Assembly (NCBI GenBank): GCA_028534125.1
Contig: CM052828.1
Coordinates: 60,016,001-60,080,000 of the forward strand
Source of the DNA: Lama glama
Taxonomy: Eukaryota
Length of the DNA stretch: 64,000 bases
Direction of reading: 5' to 3'
Each line of letters starts with the position of its first letter. The first letter of the stretch is position 1. This document shows positions 25,206 through 38,176 of the stretch, one piece after another. The notes under the pieces are model-generated. The model was given only the letters and a program-made list of their open reading frames with translations. It did no database searches and had not been told where the DNA came from. Made by a program: the position numbers and the translations under genes.

Positions 25206-28200
25206 AGGCAGCACTCCAGGTTTACTTTTGGATGTGCAAAGTGCTTGTGGATAATTGGAGTGCCCTTCTTTCGGTGGTGGAGTGGGGGGGGGTGTGTGGG
25301 CTTTGCGTGCAGTGTTTGAGCACCCAGTCGGTGGGCTGGCCTGGAGGAAGGCCCCCATCCTCCTGCACGGTCGCAGCTCCGTGAGTGAGGTTGCTGACGC
25401 TGGCCTTGGCCTTGTGGTATCGCTCAGAGGGTTAGCAGTTAGCCTCAAGGTGCCCAGTGAAGCTCTTGGCCCTGAAGAGGTGTTCATGGCTGCTAGGAAG
25501 AACATTCAGAAGCATTTGGGGCGCCAGGCCTCGGCAAGGCCACCATACCACGCTGCCTGCAGACAGGCACCCCGTCACCTGGGAGAGCTGTGGTCAGGGG
25601 TGATGGGCTCATGTAAGTAAAGGAAGCGTGCCTGTGACCTGCCTAAGCTTGATGGATCTGACCCTGGAGGAAATGAACTGCACCTTTTCACGGGAACGCA
25701 CACCTTTCCTGGTAGAGACCAGAGAAAGCACTTCTCCTGTAGAAGCTGGATGCCCACCTCCAGAGAGGGTGAACGGTCTTTCGTCACCTCTTTTAGGGGG
25801 CGAGGAGTTTCCTCAGTCACCTTGAGAGAACGAGGTTTCTTAAATACGTCTCTCTGGGAAGGTACAGGTCCCCACGGCCTTAGTGTTCAGTGATGCACGT
25901 GGCTTTATTTTTCAGTCAGTCTCTCTAAACAGGGAGCAGCAGATAGAACGCTGTTTGCTCCCACTCGTGTGGAATAGCACGGTAAGGCGAGGTAGCTTTG
26001 TCTTTGAAAGACTGCAGACACGATGTAGTGCGTAGCAGCCACCAGTTTTAATGAACGCACAGAGTAGACGGGCATTTTTTATTAGATGCTGTAGCTGACT
26101 CCCACAGGCTTTTCCTGTGCTGCAGAGCAAGCTCGTGCCCGTCTGCCCCCTCGGCTCCTGGAGTTGCCTGGAGCCTGTGCATGCTCGCCCAGGGAGGGCC
26201 TGGGCCTGGGGCCCGGAGGTTTACCCAGAGCCGCGCTGACCCCAAGGCCTGGTCTGGCACCTTTTATCCTTTGTGGTCCCCTTTGCTTCTTCCCGCCTTG
26301 GCCAAGATTGCTTTTCAGTGCTGATGTCTGACGTCTCCGCTTGGGCGTCATCTCAGGTGCGGGGCTGGGGTGTGCGGCTTTGTGCCCAGCGCTCCTGTGT
26401 GCCCTGCGTTCACGCTGCAGTGAGGGCCTGCTGACGTCTCCCATAGAGTCTGCTGCCCCCCGTTGTCCTGTAAAGTCCTGTTTTGTACAGATGAAGTGTT
26501 TGGTGGTGGCAGGAGCTGGGTGGGGTAGTAGCTAAGACTTGCCGTAGGAGTGAGGGAAGAATTGAGCTGTGTGATCCTGGGAAAGGCCATCTTGTGAGGT
26601 AGTGACTTCCTGACTCATGGAGTCACGTGAAGTAGCTCCAGACAGGAGCCCAGATTGGGGCTGGAATGCTGTACTAGGTGGTTTGTAAGGGTCCTTGCTG
26701 CCTTAAGTCAGGGAGCCGACACCCCTGAGTCTCCATCACAAACCAGTGAAAGGAGACAGACCCACAGATGCGTGCTGTCCTGGGTGGGCCGTGGCAGTGC
26801 TGGCATGCGCGCCCAGCCTGGGCTCCCCACGCACCTCAGCGCAGGCGTGCCGGCCTCCTGGGTGGCGGAGGCCAGGCTGGGCCTGCAGCATTGGCTGTAG
26901 CTCTCGTATAGTAAGCCTTTGGCATTTGGAAGAAATACATCCCAAGACCTTGTGAATCCCCAGTTTAGAACCTATAATAACATAACTCCTTTTAAAAGAC
27001 ACAGTAACACTTTACGCGGCCTCCCCAGACTCTTCGAGACTTACGTTTATCAAGTATGAAGTATTCAGAACCGGCAGAAGTCAACAGGCGACACTGAGTG
27101 AGTGAGACACACACTCAGCTGGGGGGGCGGGGGGTGGGGGTCGCTCCCCGCGTCCTCCCGGCCTCTGGCTCTGGATGGACGGGGAGGGCCTGTAGGTCCT
27201 GCTTCCTCCAGCCCCTCCTTTCCCTCAGGCTGGTGGTTTGTAAGTGGCTCGAGTCCTTTCCAGCAATTTACTTTCTGAAACGTGAAGTGCTGGGTACAGC
27301 CTAAATGGACTGGGCTGAAAGGGACCGTGCAGCGGTGGTTCTTCCTTGTGGGCTGGGGCCAGTTGCGGGGGTGGGAGCGGGGTTACAGTAGCCACTGCGT
27401 CCTGGAGTTTTTCCTTTGTGTTTGTAAACCAGGCTTATGTTTTTGAAATCTGGTTTTAGTTCGTGATGATCTTACCGTATCTGGATCAAATCTTTAAAAA
27501 ATTACTTAATGTTACTGTTTCTTCTCTTGTGTGTAAATCAGTTACTTATTTTTAAAGGACTATCAATGACATATAGAACAGAACATGTGACACCAACCAA
27601 AATGTGTGGTGGCCGCTGTGACTCGTTTGTAAAATGAGCAGTGCTCAGCGCTCCCTCACTGTGGCGGTGACGAGCGCCTGTGGGCTGCAGGGCAGTGAAG
27701 TCGGCCCTTTGTTTTGCTCTGCTTTGCTGTAGCGGCTGACAGTTCAGGGATTGTCTGTGTGGCTTGCCCCATGTCGTCCTCCTGTGTGGCACCATTGTTT
27801 GACCGGACGTGGCCGTCCACGCCTCATGCCCCGGGGAGAGTTCTCGCAGCTGAGCTCAGCCCGCATTCCTCCTGCTGTGGAGGGAAGGCCATTCTTCCCT
27901 GAAGGCTGCCTGTGCACTCCGGGACCAGCCTTCGTGTGATGGGGCCCTGGCGGCTGGGCCGTGAGGTCTCATGGGGTCCTGCAGCAGCCAGAGTGTGCAG
28001 AAGTCGAGAAAGGGGAGACAGGTGATGGCTGGGGTGCACAGACGCGCTTACGTGCCCAGGGAGGGATGTGTGGCCCCTGGCAGAGTGGACGGTTGGCGTC
28101 AGCGTGACTCGCTGAGCAAGTCTTGGTCGTGTGTTTGTGGAAAAGCTAAGTGTAACTGTGATTGGGTGGGAGTATTAGAGACCTTGTCCGGAGCATGTAT

Positions 28201-29516
28201 TTGAAGGTAATGTTTACATCTGGTGGTTGAAATTAACCAACTTAACTGTCTGAGTAAATGCAGTTGTTTGGAGAGGACTTCGGCTTGGTTTCTGACACGG
28301 TCTTTGGGAAGCTGTTGTATCTGCATGTCTGCTTAGTGCTGCGATTAAGGCACCGTCATCTTGTTCTGCCAGCACTCGGGACATTCCTCTGACGTCACCC
28401 AGGAGCTGTTCTTCTGTTTTCCACGTGTGCTGTAAGCACCGTTGCTCATAGTTCTTGATATTTGTAGTTAAGGCATGAAATCATGGTTTAACCTGCATTT
28501 TAACATTAGAAAAGGACTTTATGTCTTATGCATCTATGACACACTTAGTTTTCAGGTTTTTTGTTTTCAAGTACAGGGACTCGTTATACTTGGCTTGCCT
28601 CACATTATTTTCAAGGCTAAGATGTGGTTTAAAGTGTGATTCTCTGATGCATGGCCATGTCACACTGCACTCTGTCCACCAGTCCTCGGGCTCAGGGCCC
28701 AGGGAGCATTTCTTCAAAGGAGGGCATTGTCAGTGTAAGATCAGCGCCCACACTGCCCGACAAAGGAGCCCTCTCCCGGAGCCGCCCCTCCCGTCGTCCG
28801 TGAACAGCTCTATTCAGGGGGAAGCTGAGCGCAGTTCAGAGTGGAAGAGCCCGATTTTCCTCATCTCAGAGAGCGCGGTGCCGAGTTACTCAGGCAGGTT
28901 TGCACTTACTCATGGGTGACTGCGCACTCCTCAACGCAGGAAGCAGAAGCGAGCAGAGACTCATCCACGTTGCTTGTATTAATGCTGAAATCTCAAGTTA
29001 GTTTAATGATTACTTTTCTTAAATGTTCAAACATACTTTTTGGTTATCAAAAACCGGGGGTAGAACACTGAGCGTGTTCGATGTCTTTATTCTGTATAAT
29101 TTCTTCTGTTAGATTAATTTCGGTTGACACGTTAGTTTTGGAAGAAAAGTAGCACATTTTAGTGCGTGCACTGAGTTTCTGATGACAGCAGGTACTGGCT
29201 GTCTCACGGGGGTGAAGGAGATAGTTGAGGAGGGGTTTCACCTTCTCCCGCAGCCCAGCTGGGGAAGGCAGCGGGTGCAGCGCGGCATCGGGTGAGGGCT
29301 CACCTTCTGGCTCTGCCGTTCAGTGGCCCTGTGGTTTTGGAGAATTCACTCAGCCACTCCATGCTCAGTCTTTCCCTCGGTAAGAGGAAAAGTTTCTCCG
29401 AGGGTTCAGGATACTGGCGAGGCCCTTTGCTCAGTGCCAGGAGTAGAGTCAGTGTCCATGATTCGTCTGCGGCAGCCCCACGCCCACGCCCAGGCCTGGC
29501 GCCTTCTCGCCTGCCT

Positions 29517-29562
29517 TCCCCCCCGCCCCGTCCCGCCCCGCCCCGCCCCGCCCCGCGCCCCC
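29517..29562. repeat. (CCCCG)n GC-box microsatellite; G-quadruplex potential on the minus strand
   Basis: ccccgccccgtcccgccccgccccgccccgccccgcgccccc. Confidence 0.9.
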
Positions 29563-29899
29563 CATGAGGCACCTGCGCTCTGGGGCGATCAGTTATGGCA
29601 GGGGCCGTGTTGTAGGTCAGCCGTTTTGCACTTTGTATTTATCTCTCAACTTTTAGGAGTTGGTAACTATATTTGCTACATAATATAGAGTATCAGGAAA
29701 CATTTTAATTTACGGTTGGTTTATAATAATTCTATTTTTTAGCACAGTAGTGACTATTTAAAGGTGGTTTTATGCTGGTAGACCTTTTAGTTTTTAATAA
29801 ACGTGTGTAGGATGATCTGAGACTATCATATTCCCTAATGAAGCTCTGTAGTTCCCAGAAATTGATTTAGATTTACTAGATTACTAGTAAATGTCATCT

Positions 29900-30235
29900 T
29901 TTCAGTTGATACACTTTCTTGTGTCAGAATGCATAGGTTTTAAGGGTACAGTTTAGTGAGCTCTGACATGCGCATGTATCTGTGTAACAGCTGCCCAAAT
30001 CACGGTAAAGAACTTGTCCACCACTCTAGAAATTTCTCATGCCCCTTTCCCCATTGTCATGCCCCACCCCCCTTTTGGTTTCTGCCGTCATGAACTAGTT
30101 TCGCCTATTCCTGGACTCACTGCAGATGGAAGATGCGTGAGGTCCTTTAGGTGGATGGCTTCTTTCGCACACCGCAGTGTCGTGGGGGCCCGTCCGTGCA
30201 CCCATGCTCGTGGTTGTCCGTGGTTCCTTTGTGTC
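29900..30235 (-). mobile_element. L1ME/L1MD-type 3' end
   Basis: ttttaagggtacagtttagtgagctctgaca...tgtgtaacagctgcccaaatcacggtaaagaacttgtccaccactctagaaatttctcatgcccctt. Confidence 0.7.
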
Positions 30236-30511
30236 TAAACAGACTTGGCCTCACTTACCTGATGATGGAATTCATTCCAGCTTCATTCCCGGTATACCTG
30301 CGTCAGATGTGCGTGGCTGAAGGATGGCGTCAGTTGTGTGGCCTTAGTAATACTTCATCACGTGGATTTAGTAGTTAATAACCACCAGGAGTGACACTCT
30401 TACCAATCAGTATTACACGGAAGCAGCAACGTGAATTGAACGATGGTGATGAACTTTCCAAAGCTTGTACATCTTACTGTCAAATAGTGACTCCTTCCTC
30501 ATTTATTGTAG

Positions 30512-30606
30512 GTGCTGCAGAACATTTTGGAAACAGAAAATGAGTATTCTAAAGAACTCCAGACTGTGCTTTCAGCCTATCTACGGCCACTGCAGACCAG
30601 TGAGAA
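30512..30606 (+). CDS. ARHGEF7: ARHGEF7 exon 7 (95 nt), DH domain: [31 protein letters not shown]
   Basis: ttgtag|GTG ... GAGAA|gtaagt; DH conserved region 1 motif (ETE.EY). Confidence 0.98.
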
Positions 30607-30829
30607 GTAAGTTCGACGGTGACTGTGCTAACTGGAGTAGCCATCACCATGGCTGTCCCTTGTATTTTCAGAGAGTAGAGGCCGAGACGCTGAACCGAAT
30701 TCAGTGACAGTTTGCCAGGGACATAGGCAGCGGGCTTACTGAGTGGAGGCGTGGTGGGGCGTTGGTGTGGGGGGGGTGTGTGTGAGGAAAACCGTTCACA
30801 TGTTTTCGCTGTTGCTTTCCTTGCTCTAG

Positions 30830-30925
30830 GTTGAGTTCGGCAAACACTTCACATTTAATGGGAAATCTAGAAGAGATATGTTCTTTCCAGCAGATGCTCG
30901 TACAGTCTTTAGAAGAGTGCACCAA
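30830..30925 (+). CDS. ARHGEF7: ARHGEF7 exon 8 (96 nt), DH domain: LSSANTSHLMGNLEEICSFQQMLVQSLEECT
   Basis: ctctag|G ... ACCAA|gtgagt. Confidence 0.97.
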
Positions 30926-31394
30926 GTGAGTAAGATGCTGGAAGCGGCGAAGTTCAGATTGACGTAACTGGTGTTAAAGGGTCAGATTTAGCTACAGGAT
31001 CCCCGTTTCTGAAGATGGAGACTGGGTTACCGGCGCTCTCCTGGGCACATCAGCTCCTGTAGTAAAGCTGTGTTTTAGACCGTTTTCATGGTAGGGGTCT
31101 TTGAGGGAGGGATCTGCTGACCGCTCAGAGGAAGGAGTGGTGACTCCTCGGGCACCACTGGGGCCGGGGGTGGGAGAGCGACCCCTGAGGAGGAAGAGAG
31201 CTCGGCCTGTGAAAGGGCCTGCAGGGATGACCGCGTCCTCAAGGAGCTCTTGGTCTGGTGCCCAGACAGCTGGGGAAGGTTGTAGAAATAATTACAGACG
31301 GCAGCGTGGGAACGCTGTGAGGGGATGCTGAAGGCAGACTTTGGGGGAAGATAACCAGCACTGAGGGGTGAATGAGTAGGACTTAACCAGGCAG

Positions 31395-32010
31395 AGGCCA
31401 ACACCAGCCCCTCCCCGGTTCTCTGACCCCAGCTGAGTGTGTGTAGTTCAGTCCACCTATGGTGCCACTGAGTCAGCCCGGACCCCGCCGCCCAAGGGCC
31501 CCATCCCTGAGACTGCCCCACTCAGGTGCCAGCTGCAGCGGGCGCTCACCTACCCACCTGCTGCCCGGCCGACCACACGTTTGGCGTCCTCTGACCAGTA
31601 ATTTGCCGGATGACTCAGAACCCAGGAAGTTGCTTTACTCATGTGTACAGGATTGTTACGAGGGGACGGCTCAGGGACAGGAGATGGAAGAGACGCACTC
31701 CCCAGCCCCCAAGCCTGGAAGCTCTGGAGCCCCCGTCTGTAGGGGTTTTCATGGAGGTCTCGTTACATAGCTGCGAGTGGTCCACTCCGTCTCAGGCCCC
31801 TCTTCCCTCCCCAGGCCTGGGGTGCCCACCCTGCAGTCTCATGGCTGGTGCCCCCGGCAGCCGCCCCCACCCCGAAGCTGTCTGGGGCTTTAGCATGAAT
31901 TGTTGTGGTTAAAGGGGCAGTTCTGGGTAACAGGCGCCCCCGGCACTCAGGAAGCTACAGGGTCTTAGGAGCTATGTGCCAGGAACGGGTGCAAAGACCA
32001 GCTGTGTTTG
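31395..32010. mobile_element. Second MER21-like ERV solo LTR
   Basis: gagactgccccactcaggtgcc...cctggaagctctggagcccc...ggttttcatggaggtctcgttacatag...ttaggagctatgtgccaggaac. Confidence 0.7.
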
Positions 32011-32065
32011 TGAGGGCGCTGCGGCGGGAGTCGGGGCCGAGCTGGGCGACCGCCAGAGAGCTCGA

Positions 32066-32098
32066 GCCCCCGGGCCCCCGGGCCCCCGGGCCCCCAGG
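32066..32098. repeat. (GCCCCCGG)x4 short tandem repeat
   Basis: gcccccgggcccccgggcccccgggcccccagg. Confidence 0.85.
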
Positions 32099-33848
32099 CT
32101 GCAAGCTGCCCGTCATTCCCTTGTAGTGAGGACTGTCAACTCTGAGAAGAAGGGTCTGCGGTGCAGGGAGGAGGAAGCTCAAAACTGGGCAGATTTTGTT
32201 ACTATGTTGTTAGAATTCTTTTCCACGTTTTGTAACTACCTGTTGTCTCCAGTTCCTGACTAGTAGCCGTTAGGTAGTGCTTTTGTGAGAATGTTACTAA
32301 AAGTGACCTTTACTCTTTCATGAAAGCTACTTGAAGTGGTATGTCCTTGTGGTTGGGTGTTCTAGAGTCAAGTGTGCTGCCTGCGGTCCCCGCGGCTTGT
32401 GGCGGCCCCTCGTGTCTGGGAGTTCGTGCGTTCGTTCGCTCTCCTGCCCCCGTCCCTCTTGGGTCACCCTACGCCCAGAACTGTTAGAGCTGGTGCTCTT
32501 TTCCCAAGCATTCGGTCCTGTAAGGGGTCGTGTTTCTTGTGGTAGCAGCTGCCCTGCCCTTAGGCTGACACCACCCTGTCTCAGGCCGGCCTCGCCTTCC
32601 CTGCGTGCTGCACGGACCTCCTGACCAGGCCTGACCTGCAGCTGACCCCTGCACATCCATCTCTCCATCAGCCTCTGGTCTGAGCTCTGCTCAGAAACTC
32701 TGGTGGCACCTGGTCATTCATGTATTTGTTCTCAGCTGTGTCTTACAGACTGGTCTTCGAGGCCCTTGTACAGGTCAGCTTGTCAGGGGAAGGCTGAGTT
32801 AGAAGGCAGTTCCCAAGTTGGGATAACCTGGGGGTCCCTCCTTCCCCTGCTGGCGCCTCAGCCCGGAAGAACCCTCCCTTTCTGCTGAGAGGCGTGATTT
32901 CCCACCGGGCTCTCCCTTCCCTTGGATCCACCTTCTTCCGCTTTTCCTCTTACCGAAGCCCCGCCTGTTCGCTCAGACCCGGGAGCACGGTCAGCCTCTG
33001 TTGATGCCGCCGGGCAGTAATGTGGGGACCCTGCGGGCTCAGTTGAGGATGGCCCGGTGTGTGAGGTTCCCCCAGCTCAGAGTCAGGCCCTGGCGTTGAT
33101 CTGAGTCTTGCCTGTCAAGTCAGAGGCCGCTGGGCTGTAATCTGTCCCGGCAGCAGGAGCAGCTGTCTTATGGGGGAGAGCTGTTCAGCAGTTCTGGGCC
33201 TCGTCGAGCTCTTCCTGGGATTCACTCATTTTCACGCTAGGGAAGGAAAAGGGGCCCTTACGTGTCCCCTTTTACCTTCTGCTGTTGCTCTAACTGCAGA
33301 GACGGAGGCTGGACAGTTTGTGCCGCCCTGCCTGCTACCAGACCCTCGGTAACACCTCGCCTCTTATGAGGCCCTGTCTGATGATGTCCCTGTGAGACCA
33401 CTGATTGATGGCATCTGATACTCTGCCTGCCGTCAGGCCACAGTGACCCCTCCTGTCGTCAGGGCAGTGACGAGACCACACCTGACGTCAGGCCAGTGCC
33501 GCCTGCACCTGTGTCAGGTCTTGCTGGAGGTGCGGCCCTGGGGTCCCGCTCTCACACAGAGGCTGGGCTTCACCACGCCTGCTTCCTCACTGCCCGAGGC
33601 AGGAAGTCTGGGCTTGGGCACAGGCCCTTGCATCTGGACGCTGGAGGGGAGGCAGCGGCAGGCGGGCGTCCGAGGCCGGCGCCTGCCCCCGGCTTCGTGG
33701 CAGAGCAGCCACAGCCTGATGCTCTGCCGCCCCGTCTGCATGGCGGTGACCCACAAGCTCGCTCGCGCGCATTCTCCGCGTTAGCAGTGGTGGGCTGCCC
33801 TGCTGTCGTGGCACTCAGGGTGCCTTCCCCTGTGCTGCGTGTCTCCAG

Positions 33849-33971
33849 GGTGCCGGAAGCTCAGCAGAGAGTCGGAGGCTGCTTTCTAAACCTGATGCCG
33901 CAGATGAAGACCCTGTACCTTGCATACTGCGCCAACCACCCGTCGGCAGTGAGCGTCCTCACGGAGCACAG
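33849..33971 (+). CDS. ARHGEF7: ARHGEF7 exon 9 (123 nt), DH domain: [40 protein letters not shown]
   Basis: tctccag|G ... CACAG|gtgggt. Confidence 0.97.
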
Positions 33972-36900
33972 GTGGGTCTCATGGAAGCGCGTCACCATCG
34001 AGAGGGCGGGCTGGCGGGCATCGCGGGGCCCCGTCCAGGGCAGCTGCTTCTGTGAAACACTACTGGAGGTGCGGTGCCGACAGTCACTTGTTCATTCAGT
34101 GAGGCTCGTTTTAATTACCGTCAAAGTTAGTGCCTGAGAAGTGCCGGTAAGAAGTCTCTTAACCCCTGATCAGCATTGTTGTAATGGAAAAGGGTGTGTT
34201 GTGAAGTGTCCCCTGCAGCCTGCGGACCTCCGGCCGGGGGCTGGACCAGCTGGCGAGTATTTTGAAAGGTGGCAGCCGGCTGAGTCCAGCTCGGTGGAGA
34301 GAAACGAGCGAGTGAGACAAGTCAGATGTGCTGTGGGAGGGAGGGCCCCGCTACACTGAGGACTGGGTCTCATTGGAAGGCACCAGGGTGGAGACTGTTA
34401 GCTTTAGCTTTTCACCCTGAAGCAGCACTGAAGCAGGGGAAGCAGTGTCCATTCGGGAACACGGCCATGTGTGTTTGCTGGGCCGCCCTGGGAAGGAGGG
34501 CGGACCAGCGGGGCAGGGGCCCTGTGGACTGCTGTTTCTGCTTCTAGAAAGGCACACATTTGTATTAGTAAGTGTTGTAGAATATTTTTTCTGGTTTCTT
34601 TTGAAAAGAGCAGTTCAAGAAATTTTAAAGCCATAAATGAAAAACTATGTTAGCAGCATCAAGGTAAATGCCACTGTGCTTCTGATTTAAACATTTGACT
34701 TCAACTTACTCTTAACTAATGATTTTCGTTTCAAACTTAGAAGTTCCTTTGGTGAGCAGGCGCTGCTGAGCTGTTCGTAAATTGAGCTGAGGTTCCAGTG
34801 TAGCGTACCCCTGAGCGTGGCCGGGTCGTGTGGTCGTGGTGGGAGGGCCTCTGGGTCAGACAGACCCGGCCTGAGCCCTGTAGCCGCTGGGCCTCGGGGA
34901 GGTCGCATCTCTTCCCTGCTTTCAGCTCCCTCCTTGGGAGGCACCTGTGCAGAGGGTGTTGTAAGTGTGAGGCCGAACACGCGTGGTCCGGTCAGAGCGG
35001 AGAAGCTCAGTGAAGGCTCAGCAAATGTGGATGACTTCATTATCCTATCTGTGTGTTGCCCCTCCGACTCCGGGCGCTCGTGGTTTCTCAGAGCACTCAG
35101 ATACTGAAGCATTAACATCTCTGGTGTCTCCATTTGCGTTAAAGCATCTCCAGTCCTGGAATGAAGCCAGCAGTCTCTGATGAAAGTCACAGTGATGGAA
35201 AGAAGGGAGATTAGGATACACGGTGACCACAGATCCAGAAAAACGCAAGGGACCCCCCCCCCCCGCATCCTTGAGCTTTTCCTTGGCTTTCTGGAGGTGG
35301 GCTGTGTGGGCGTGTACCTTTCTCAGACCGTGAGGCACGTGTCCGGGCGTGCGCTTCAGCGCCTGTGCTCCTCGGAATGACACGTTACGTGGAAATTCCG
35401 CGTCAGTGAAGTGCAGGGATTTCATTTGTGTCTGAAGATTCTTCGGGGATGGTTGAAACAGCCGGGGTGGGGAGTGGTAAGCAACAAGTAGAAAGCTAGG
35501 GTCGAACTGCGGGACCTCTTGCTTTTTCTCTCCTCCCCCTTTCTGGTCGGGGACTGGTCCTCTGGGGTGGGTGGGCAGTTTGGGGGACGCGGAAGTGCAG
35601 ACACGTCCTGAGGGTGACATTTAAAGCAGTTCGGGCTGCTGAAGTTGCCTAAGACGTTAAGGTTGCCAAGGAAGCGCTTGCAGGCATGTGCGGTTTGCCT
35701 GCCTTCCGTCGTTTTCCTCGGATGGCTGTTGGTGTCGTAGCTGAAACCCAGAATGCCAGGGAGCGAGCGCAGGTGCGTGCTGAGTGGGGACCCCGCGTCT
35801 CCTTCCCGTGGCGTGTCCCGGAGTGGGGAGGACGGCGGTCGCGCTCTGGGAGCGTGTGCCCAGGGGCAGGAGGCTGTCCGGGCAGCGCAGGGCCTGCCCC
35901 GTCAGCAAGTCAGACGCCCCTGCCCAAAGCGGGAGTCTGTGCAGTGAGGCAGGGCTGGCAGCCTCTGTCAGCATTGGCTACTTATTGTGGGATCTTAACC
36001 TGTAACCTCTTTCCCGCTTCCTCACACTTGCTGAAGTCTGAAGACTGTCACACTCGGGTGGATTAATCTGGTTTTTTGTTTGTTTGCTTGAACGTACTTT
36101 TTAAGGGTTGATCAAGTGTCGTGTTTTGCCTTATTTGCGGTCTCCTGGCCCCTGCACTGTGTTGGCTTGAGGTCTGTGTGTGAGCCTGGAGGGGGCACCT
36201 GTGGAATCACGGCAGGTGTGCTTCTGCGTTGTCACGCGGTGGTAGCCAGCCCGGGGGCCTGACTGCCTGTCTTGAGTGAGTTATGGTTCATAAGTCAGAG
36301 CGTAGGGCGAGGTTCACTCTCCCTGGCACGCTGGTGTCGCTCTTTGCTTGGCTCCGAGACGGCGCTTTTCGATGGTGTCATCTCAGTAAACACCCCGTGT
36401 TGGGGTTGCCAGCATCAGTAGAAATTAAGCTGAAAGGGCCTTTGTTTTGTCGAAAAAGCTGTAACCAGCTATTTCGCCTTGTTTTTTTATGGTGGCACTT
36501 TTTTTTAAAAACTGAAAAAAAATGGAACAAAATACAGTGGTCTATAAAGATTTATAAAAAGCTCTGTTTCCTTAACTGTGTACGTGTCTAGCATTGCAAA
36601 AGTGTCATGTTGATATTTATAGAAGTTACTTTTGCTTACAGAAATTCCACATGGATATTTAGTTGTAAGGGATTTGGGGGGGAGTGATGAGTGTAATTTT
36701 CTTTGTTTTGTTAATTTTTTTCTGCCATAACTATATAGTTATGCAATTTCAGATATAATGTGGAAATATCAAAAATGACCCAAGGAATCTTTCAAGATTT
36801 TGCTTGTGGTAGAAAAGGCCCCAATGGGATTATATTTAAAGGAGTCGAAATGTGCTGTTAGAACCATTAACTTCCGTTTTTATGGGACTGTGCTTGATCA

Positions 36901-37867
36901 GTTGCTCAGCTCTTAGAGAAATGCCAGTAAAATATAAGTGTTCCCTGCTTAAATCCATCACTTCACCATTTCACGGTATGCACACGTCAGGGGCTGGAGG
37001 AGTGAGTAATGCAAGAGGTGGGCACTTGTGAATGAGCACACATAAGCGGCAGAGCGGGGTGGGAGGGGCCAACGGGCACGGGGTCCCGGGGCCGCACTTG
37101 GGTTGACTGGTGGGAATGGAGGCAGTGGCCTTCGCCCGCGGTCTCTTCTGCACAAATACACGGTGATCCGCGTCGCAGGCCCGGGTGGTGTTTGCGGAGA
37201 CGCATGGAAGCTTCTGCTCTGATGCCTGGTGCAGGGCACGTGTCCAGGTGGGCTGCCTCCTTCCCTTCCTCCTCCTGACGGCCGCTCCTGTCTGTCTGTC
37301 TCCCTGTCCCTGAGCTCAGGGTAGATGGGCCAGGGGGCAGCCCTGAGGGTCAGACCTGGAGCACCTGCAGTTACCTGCCCATCTCTTGCGGGAGGAAGGG
37401 GAAAGGCAGGGAGATGGTCGAGTGTGTAACTGTGCAGACCGGCCCGTGGATGCCGCCCTGGTCAGCACCGGCTCGCCCGTGACAGAGTCCTAAAGCATCA
37501 CTGAGCCTGGCTTCATCGTCCCCGCCCTGTGGTTTCCCAGGAAAGCCAGTCTTCGAGAGCACAGTTACATGCACAGAGACGTTGGGTCACGTGTCGTCTT
37601 TGCGAGCATGTGTCCACACGGGACCCTAGAGGTAGCCTGGCAGCCCTTGCAGTAACAGACCGCACCGGCACGCGGGCCGCCTCACAGGCAGCCTTCCTGC
37701 TGATGGGGATGAGAACGTGTTTATTGTATGTGTTGAGTTGCTGTAACTAGGATTTTGTGGAAAATTTCCCTTTTTATAATTTGCTCTGATTTGGTAATAT
37801 CACCCGAGTATGTACATACATTTATTAAAACAGTAAATTTTTTGAAAGAAATATGTGTATATGTGTA

Positions 37868-37901
37868 GGTGGGTGGGTGGGTGGGTGGGTAGGTGGGCGG
37901 G
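37868..37901 (+). repeat. (GGGT)n microsatellite, G4-forming
   Basis: ggtgggtgggtgggtgggtgggtaggtgggcggg. Confidence 0.9.
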
Positions 37902-38176
37902 CAGCAGGGGCTGTTGGCCACGTTGTTGCTGTGTTGTCGCGCAGCCTGGAGCCGCCCTCTGGCATCAGGGGCAGGGCGCCCCCTCCCCGGCCAGACGCCG
38001 ACCCTCCCTCCACCCGAGCCCAGGCAGGAGCAGTCTGCACTGGGGGCTGGCGCGCTCCAGACTGCAAGGCTCGTTTCCCAGCCACTCACTAGTTTTCAAC
38101 CTGGTATTTGAGATCTTGTGTCTCTAAGTCGATCTAGTTAAGTAGCGTGCCTTCAGCAGAACCACTGCAGTCAGCT

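Noticed and set aside
29871-29892. 9-bp perfect inverted repeat atttactag-atta-ctagtaaat
   Set aside because: Too short and AT-rich to imply a functional hairpin or ncRNA
33496-34137. 213-aa ORF running through exon 9
   Set aside because: Only the 41 exon codons match beta-PIX; the flanks are stop-free intron by chance
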